From the NCBI GenBank assembly GCA_032718475.1, contig JAUCBJ010006190.1, positions 1 through 61,655 of the forward strand: DNA of 61,655 nucleotides, in the 5' to 3' direction. Positions within the stretch are counted from its first letter, which is position 1; each line of letters starts with the position of its first letter. Below the pieces are notes generated by a model. The model did not search any database. It had not been told where the DNA came from and was given only the letters and a program-made list of their open reading frames with translations. The DNA is from Nemertoderma westbladi. Taxonomy: Eukaryota > Animalia > Xenacoelomorpha. Position numbers and translations under genes: made by a program. Of this stretch, positions 53,179 through 61,655 are shown piece after piece.

Positions 53179-53449
53179 GGGAGCCGGTTGTCTAAGGGGC
53201 TACCCTAAGGGAGCCGGTTGTTTAAGGAGCAACCCTAAGGGAGCCGGTTGTCTAAGGTGCAACCCTAAGGGAGCCGGTTGTTTAAGGAGCAACCCTAAGG
53301 GAGCCGGTTGTCTAAGGTGCAACCCTAAGGGAGCCGGTTGTTTAAGGAGCAACCCTAAGGGAGCTGGTTGTCTAAGGAGCAACCCTAAGGGAGCCGGTTG
53401 TCTAAGGAGCAACCCTAAGGGAGCCGGTTGTCTAAGGGGCAACCCTAAG
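53179..53449. repeat. 30-bp minisatellite, 9 copies
   Basis: Unit GGGAGCCGGTTGTCTAAGGAGCAACCCTAA; 271 bp = 9x30+1. Confidence 0.96.
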
Positions 53450-53987
53450 TGAACTGGTCGATATTGTCAACCCTTTCTTTCAACGAATACTTCAGTTCCT
53501 ATTCTTTCAACCACTTCTTAAGTACTCGGAATTGTAGTTCTAACAAAGAAGTGCCAACTTAAATTGTTGAATTTCATCTGAAATCTTATACGTTAAATAC
53601 GTAATCATTTTCTAGTTTTTCCCCAGTTACTTTTCAAGATATCGGGCCTTTAGGCAAGCTGAGAAACATTACTTCGAGCTATTATTCGAGAAAAATAAAA
53701 GTAACGGTAAAAAACAACAACAATTGATTGGACCTAAACTGGCTAGACATAACTAAAATCAAGTACCGGTAGCAAAACCGATTCGATGTTTCAAAACAAT
53801 ACTAAGTATAAATAATTTTCAGCAATATAATTCTATTGTACAGAAATCATTTACTTCGATATTTATAAAAATGAATCAAATTTAGATGAATTTCCAGTTT
53901 ATTGGAATTATCAATATTCCCTATTGGATTATCAATATTGAATGGATTTTATCCTGAAGTGTTTCAAATGCCTAAAATTACCCCAGT

Positions 53988-56900
53988 CTTACAATAAACC
54001 AACAGGCTATTGTAGGCAGAACGACATTAAACCAACAGACTTTTGTAAGCCGACTTACATTAAACCAACAGACTATTGAAGGCCGACCGACATTAAACCA
54101 ACAGACTATTGAAGGCAGACCGACATTAAACCAACAGACTATTGAAGGCAGACCGACATTAAACCAACTGACTATTGTAGGCCGACCTACATTAAACCAA
54201 CAGACTATTGAAGGCAGACCGACATTAAACCAACAGGCTATTGAAGGCAGACCGACATTAAACCAACAGACTATTGTAGGCAGACCGACATTAAACCAAC
54301 AGACTATTGAAGGCAGACCGACATTAAACCAACAGACTATTGTAGGCAGACCTACATTAAACCAACAGACTATTGTAGGCAGACCGACATTAAACCAACA
54401 GACTATTGTAGGCAGACCGACATTAAACCAACAGACTATTGAAGGCAGACCGACATTAAACCAACAGACTATTGAAGGCAGACCGACATTAAACCAACTG
54501 ACTATTGTAGGCAGACCTACATTAAACCAACAGACTATTGAAGGCAGACAGACATTAAACCAACAGGCTATTGTAGGCAGACCGACATTAAACTAACAAA
54601 CTATTGTAGGCCGACTTACATTATAGCAACAGACTATTGTAGGCCGACCTACATTAAACCAACAGACTATTGTAGGCCGACCTACATTAAACCAAGAGGC
54701 TATTGTAGGCCGACCTACATTAAACCAACATAATATTGTAGGCCGACCTACATTAAACCAACAGACTATTGTAGGCCGACCTACATTAAACCAACAGACT
54801 ATTGTAGGCAGACCGACATTAAACCAACAGACTATTGTAGGCAGACCTACATTAAACCAACAGACTATTGTAGGCAGACCGACATTAAACCAACAGACTA
54901 TTGTAGGCCGACCTACATTAAACCAACAGACTATTGAAGGCAGACCGACATTAAACCAACAGGCTATTGTAGGCAGACCGACATTAAACTAACAAACTAT
55001 TGTAGGCCGACTTACATTATAGCAACAGACTATTGTAGGCCGACCTACATTAAACCAACAGACTATTGTAGGCCGACCTACATTAAACCAAGAGGCTATT
55101 GTAGGCCGACCTACATTAAACCAACATAATATTGTAGGCCGACCTACATTAAACCAACAGACTATTGTAGGCCGACCTACATTAAACCAACAGGCTATTG
55201 TAGGCCGACCTGCATTAAACCAACAGACTATTGTAGGCCGACCTACATTAAACCAACAGACTATTGTAGGCCGACCTACATTAAACCAACAGATTATTGT
55301 AGGCCGACCTACACTAAACCAACAGGCTATTGTAGGCAGACCGACATTAAACCAACAGACTATTGTGGGCCGGCCTACATTAAACCAACAGACTATTGTA
55401 GGCCGACTTACAATAAACCAACAGACTATTGTAGGCCGCCCTACATTAAACCAACAGACTATTAATTGTAGGCCGACCTACATTAAACCCACAGGCTATT
55501 GTAGGCCAACCTGCATTAAACCAACTGACTATTGTAGGCCGACCGACATTAAACCAACAGACTATTGTAGGCAGACCGACATTAAACCAACAGACTTTTG
55601 TAAGCAGACCGAAATTAAACCAACAGGCTATTGTAGGCAGACCGAAATTAAACCAACAGGCTATTGTAGGCAGACCGACATTAAACCGACAGACTATTGT
55701 AGGCCGACCTACATTAAACCAATAGACTATTGTAGGCCGACCTACATTAAACCAACAGACAATTGAAGGCCGACCTACATTAAACCGACAGACTATTGTA
55801 GGCCGACCTACATTAAACCTACAGACTATTGTAGGCAGACCGACATTAAACCAACAGACTATTGAAGGCAGACCGACATTAAACCAACAGGCTATTGTAG
55901 GCAGACCGAAATTAAACCAACAGGCTATTGTAGGCAGACCGACATTAAACCGACAGACTATTGTAGGCCGACCTACATTAAACCAACAGACTATTGAAGG
56001 CCGACCTACATTAAACCAACAGACTATTGAAGGCAGACCGACATTAAACCAACAGACTATTGAAGGCAGACCGACATTAAACCAACAGGCTATTGTAGGC
56101 AGACCGAAATTAAACCAACAGACTATTGTAGGCAGACCGACATTAAACCGACAGACTATTGTAGGCCGACCTACATTAAACCAACAGACTATTGAAGGCA
56201 GACCGACATTAAACCAACAGCCTATTGTAGGCAGACCGACATTAAACTAACAGACTATTGTAGGCCGACTTACATTATAGCAACAGACTATTGTAGGCCG
56301 ACCTACATTAAACCAACAGACTATTGTAGGCCGACCTACATTAAACCAAGAGGCTATTGTAGGCCGCCCTACATTAAACCAACAGACTATTAATTGTAGG
56401 CCGACCTACATTAAACCCACAGGCTATTGTAGGCCAACCTGCATTAAACCAACTGACTATTGTAGGCCGACCGACATTAAACCAACAGACTATTGTAGGC
56501 AGACCGACATTAAACCAACAGACTTTTGTAAGCCGGCCTACATTAAACCAATAGACTATTGTAGGCCGACCTACATTAAACCAACAGACAATTGAAGGCA
56601 GACCGACATTAAACCAACAGGCTATTGTAGGCAGACCGAAATTAAACCAACAGGCTATTGTAGGCAGACCGAAATTAAACCAACAGGCTATTGTAGGCAG
56701 ACCGACATTAAACCAACAGACTATTGAAGGCAGACCGACATTAAACCAACAGACTATTGTAGGCAGACCGACATTAAACCAACAGACTATTGAAGGCAGA
56801 CCTGCATTAAACCAACAGACTATTGTAGGCCGACCTACATTAAACCAACAGACTATTGAAGGCAGACTTACATTAAACCAACAGACTATTGTAGGCAAAC

Positions 56901-59900
56901 CGACATTAAACCAACAGACTATTGTAGGCCGACCTACATTAAACCAACAGACTATTGTAGGCCGGCCTACATTAAACCAACAGACTATTGTAGGCCGACC
57001 TACATTAAACCAACAGACTATTGTAGGCAGACCTACATTAAACCAACAGACTATTGAAGGCAGACCGACATTAAACCAACTGACTATTGTAGGCAGACCG
57101 ACATTAAACTAACAGACTATTGTAGGCCGACTTACATTATAGCAACAGACTATTGTAGGCCGACCTACATTAAACCAAGAGGCTATTGTAGGCCGACCTA
57201 CATTAAACCAACAGACTATTGTAGGCAGACCGACATTAAACCAACAGACTATTGTAGGCCGACCTACATTAAACCAACAGACTATTGTAGGCAGACCAAA
57301 AATTAAACCAACAGACTATTGAAGGCAGACCGACATTAAACCAACTGACTATTGTAGGCAGACCGACATTAAACTAACAGACTATTGTAGGCCGACTTAC
57401 ATTATAGCAACAGACTATTGTAGGCCGACCTACATTAAACCAAGAGGCTATTGTAGGCCGACCTACATTAAACCAACAGACTATTGTAGGCAGACCGACA
57501 TTAAACCAACAGACTATTGTAGGCAGACCGACATTAAACCAACAGACTATTGTAGGCAGACCGACATTAAACCAACTGACTATTGTAGGCAGACCGACAT
57601 TAAACTAACAGACTATTGTAGGCCGACTTACATTATAGCAACAGACTATTGTAGGCCGACCTAGATTAAACCAAGAGGCTATTGTAGGCCGACCTACATT
57701 AAACCAACAGACTATTGTAGGCAGACCGACATTAAACCAACAGACTATTGTAGGCAGACCGACATTAAACCAACAGACTATTGTAGGCAGACCGACATTA
57801 AACCAACTGACTATTGTAGGCCGACTTACATTATAGCAACAGACTATTGTAGGCCGACCTACATTAAACCAACAGACTATTGTAGGCAGACCGACATTAA
57901 ACCAACAGACTATTGTAGGCAGACCGACATTAAACCAACAGACTATTGTAGGCAGACCGACATTAAACCAACAGACTATTGAAGGCAGACCGACATTAAA
58001 CCAACAGACTATTGTAGGCAGACCGAAATTAAACCAACAGGCTATTGTAGGCAGACCGACATTAAACCAACAGACTATTGAAGGCAGACCGACATTAAAC
58101 CAACAGCCTATTGTAGGCCGACCTACATTAAACCAACAGACTATTGTAGGCAGACCGACATTAAACCAACTGACTATTGTAGGCAGACCGACATTAAACT
58201 AACAGACTATTGTAGGCCGACTTACATTATAGCAACAGACTATTGTAGGCCGACCTACATTAAACCAAGAGGCTATTGTAGGCCGACCTACATTAAACCA
58301 AGAGGCTATTGTAGGCCGACCTACATTAAACCAACAGACTATTGTAGGCAGACCGACATTAAACCAACAGACTATTGTAGGCAGACCGACATTAAACCAA
58401 CTGACTATTGTAGGCAGACCGACATTAAACTAACAGACTATTGTAGGCCGACTTACATTATAGCAACAGACTATTGTAGGCCGACCTACATTAAACCAAG
58501 AGGCTATTGTAGGCCGACCTACATTAAACCAACAGACTATTGTAGGCAGACCGACATTAAACCAACAGACTATTGTAGGCCGACCTACATTAAACCAACA
58601 GACTATTGAAGGCAGACTTACATTAAACCAACAGACTATTGTAGGCAAACCGACATTAAACCAACAGACTATTGTAGGCCGACCTACATTAAACCAACAG
58701 ACTATTGTAGGCAGACCGACATTAAACCAACAGACTATTGAAGGCAGACCGACATTAAACCAACTGACTATTGTAGGCAGACCGACATTAAACTAACAGA
58801 CTATTGTAGGCCGACTTACATTATAGCAACAGACTATTGTAGGCCGACCTACATTAAACCAAGAGGCTATTGTAGGCCGACCTACATTAAACCAACAGAC
58901 TATTGTAGGCAGACCGACATTAAACGAACAGACTATTGAAGGCAGACCGACATTAAACCAACAGACTATTGTAGGCAGACCGACATTAAACCAACAGACT
59001 ATTGTAGGCAGACCGACATTAAACCAACAGACTATTGTAGGCAGACCGACATTAAACCAACAGACTATTGTAGGCCGACCTACATTAAACCAACAGACTA
59101 TTGTAGGCAGACCGACATTAAACCAACAGACTATTGTAGGCCGACCTACATTAAACCAAGAGGCTATTGTAGGCCGACCTACATTAAACCAACAGACTAT
59201 TGTAGGCAGACCGACATTAAACCAACAGACTATTGAAGGCAGACCGACATTAAACCAACAGACTATTGTAGGCAGACCGACATTAAACCAACAGACTATT
59301 GTAGGCAGACCGACATTAAACCAACAGACTATTGTAGGCAGACCGACATTAAACCAACAGACTATTGTAGGCAGACCGACATTAAACCAACAGACTATTG
59401 TAGGCAGACCGACATTAAACCAACAGACTATTGTAGGCCGACTTACATTAAACCAACAGACTATTGTAGGCAGACCGACATTAAACCAACAGACTATTGT
59501 AGGCAGACCGACATTAAACCAACAGACTATTGTAGGCAGACCGACATTAAACCAACAGACTATTGTAGGCCGACTTACATTAAACCAACAGCCTATTGTA
59601 GGCCGACCTACATTAAACCAAGAGGCTATTGTAGGCCGACCTACATTAAACCAACAGACTATTGTAGGCAGACCGACATTAAACCAACAGACTATTGTAG
59701 GCAGACCGACATTAAACCAACAGACTATTGAAGGCAGACCGACATTAAACCAACAGACTATTGTAGGCAGACCGACATTAAACCAACAGACTATTGTAGG
59801 CCGACTTACATTATAGCAACAGACTATTGTAGGCCGACCTACATTAAACCAAGAGGCTATTGTAGGCCGACCTACATTAAACCAACAGACTATTGTAGGC

Positions 59901-60652
59901 AGACCGACATTAAACCAACAGACTATTGAAGGCCGACCGACATTAAACCAACAGACTATTGAAGGCAGACCGACATTAAACCAACAGACTATTGAAGGCA
60001 GACCGACATTAAACCAACAGACTATTGTAGGCAGACCGACATTAAACCAACAGACTATTGAAGGCAGACCGACATTAAACCAACAGACTATTGAAGGCAG
60101 ACCGACATTAAACCAACAGACTATTGAAGGCAGACCGACATTAAACCAACAGACTATTGAAGGCAGACCGACATTAAACCAACAGACTATTGAAGGCAGA
60201 CCGACATTAAACCAACAGACTATTGAAGGCAGACCGACATTAAACCAACAGACTATTGAAGGCAGACCGACATTAAACCAACAGACTATTGAAGGCAGAC
60301 CGACATTAAACCAACAGACTATTGAAGGCAGACCGACATTAAACCAACAGACTATTGAAGGCAGACCGACATTAAACCAACAGACTATTGAAGGCAGACC
60401 GACATTAAACCAACAGACTATTGAAGGCAGACCGACATTAAACCAACAGACTATTGAAGGCAGACCGACATTAAACCAACAGACTATTGAAGGCAGACCG
60501 ACATTAAACCAACAGACTATTGAAGGCAGACCGACATTAAACCAACAGACTATTGAAGGCAGACCGACATTAAACCAACAGACTATTGAAGGCAGACCGA
60601 CATTAAACCAACAGACTATTGTAGGCCGACCGAAATTAAACCAACAGGCTAT
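53988..60652. repeat. 33-bp minisatellite array
   Basis: Unit ACATTAAACCAACAGACTATTGTAGGCAGACCG and variants, about 200 copies. A homogeneous TTGAAGG block lies at about 60040-60600. Confidence 0.98.
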
Positions 60653-60666
60653 ACGTATAAACTTAC

Positions 60667-61339
60667 TATGAAACTCCGCCGATATAAACACTCCCTCTAA
60701 GATTCAAATCTTTTCCACTAATAGATCTTTCATCTTGTCGCACTTCCGTCTCTCCATCTACGATCAGCTGATTTAGAAGACTTTTATCCCGAGTAATAAT
60801 GACGTCATGCCATTGGTTGTCGTCCAATCCGGTGCCGCTCCGAGCTTTAGAAATAATAACCTTTTTCCCGGACCCGGTATCGTACCAATAGTTTAATTCT
60901 CCGTTAAATAGTTCCAACGCGAGGAAATCACTTCCTTTACCGCCATGATAAACTATCAAGCCGTTCTTCTCTGTAGTTCTAAACTGAAACTTTATTCTCA
61001 AGCCAGCGTACGCAGTCAGTTTCGGGAAACTTATGTAAGATCGTTTAGTTATGAAAGTGATCGGGTTTCCGTAATTAGCGAGAGCATCGGGGTCGCTTCG
61101 AGTTGCGGTAACGTTAATCGCTTCCAGTTGGTCTCCATTTCCGTCGATCAGCCAGGGATTGGCGGCGATATTGAGACAATCGAACTGGTTTACTTCCAAT
61201 GTTTGCATAGTTCCCACGAAGCTACTGGGGGGTGTCTCTCTATGGGTGAGCGCCCTTCCGGCCCACCAACCCAACGGAATCTGGCCAACCGCGATCGTAT
61301 CGAATCTAAAGTTCGTATCCATTCCCGGATCCAGAGTTC
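60667..61339 (-). CDS. NRXN: Internal exon of an alpha-neurexin gene (C-terminal LamG4 plus most of LamG5)
   Basis: The translation (G)TLDPGMDTNFRFDTIAVG...PSSFVGTMQTLEVN...NPITFITKRSYISFPKLTAYAGLRIKFQFRTTEKNGLIVYHGGKGSDFLALELFNGEL...LDDNQWHDVIITRD...DLNLRGSVYIGGVS parallels alpha-neurexin as recalled (PSNFIGHLQSL...DPVTFKTKSSYVALATLQAY...FQFKTT...GNDFIVVELVKGYL...LNDNQWHNVMISRD...NLDLKSDLYIGGV). Acceptor ttttatttgttttAG at 61341-61340; donor GTAAGT from 60666. Length 673 nt = 2+669+2. Confidence 0.93.
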
Positions 61340-61655
61340 CTAAAACAAATAAAATGTTTAAATCAGATTAAATAATTAACAATACAACTTAGTTTCTAAT
61401 TTTGTTATTTTGTTATAATTAATAAAATAATTATAATATAAACTTTTATGTAATATAATATTTAAATTATTATCGGTTTACAACAGATGCATCATTTTCG
61501 CAAAATTCTTCTTAAATACCCCATATAGGGGATCCCCCCCCCCCCCCCCCTCCCGTCTCAAATATAATATCCTTTAGCTCGTATTCACGCCAATTACGAT
61601 AGGATTAAATAGCAATGAATGACAGCAAAGTGAAACGTTGCCTACGATTGATCTC

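Noticed and set aside
53179-53449. CCCTAA telomere hexamer in the 30-bp unit
   Set aside because: There is one hexamer per unit, never tandem, so this is not an interstitial telomeric array.
58793-60691. 632-aa ORF (WFNVGLPSIVC)n adjoining the neurexin exon
   Set aside because: It is in a different frame from the neurexin exon, whose own frame stops at the donor. It is a product of the 33-bp unit.
60945-61371. Plus-strand ORFs over the neurexin exon, and similar ones over the RT at 48209-48680
   Set aside because: These are antisense shadows of real coding sequence.

Overview
Metazoan (invertebrate-like, AT-rich) nuclear DNA. Two minus-strand exons of an alpha-neurexin gene lie at 61339-60667 and 50033-49882. 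They encode the end of LamG4 and all of LamG5, with canonical GT-AG sites and matching phase. No further exon was found, so the rest of the window is probably intron. About 79% of the window is eleven apparently unrelated tandem arrays with units of about 53, 54, 61, 39, 36, 44, 31, 9, 14, 30 and 33 bp. Mobile elements: a young 5'-truncated RTE-clade LINE in the 31-bp array, a Helentron/DINE-1-like element in the 53-bp array, a TTAA-flanked Kolobok-like MITE, two inverted RTE relics and a tRNA-derived SINE candidate. Almost all long ORFs in the track, including the three 3.5-4.1 kaa ORFs, are translation artefacts of repeats. The most interesting signals concern how the arrays arose. Several have sharp edges and near-exact integer copy numbers, one appears to be an amplified tRNA/SINE T-arm (B-box) segment, and one appears to be an amplified MITE terminal repeat. 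I found no new protein-coding system.
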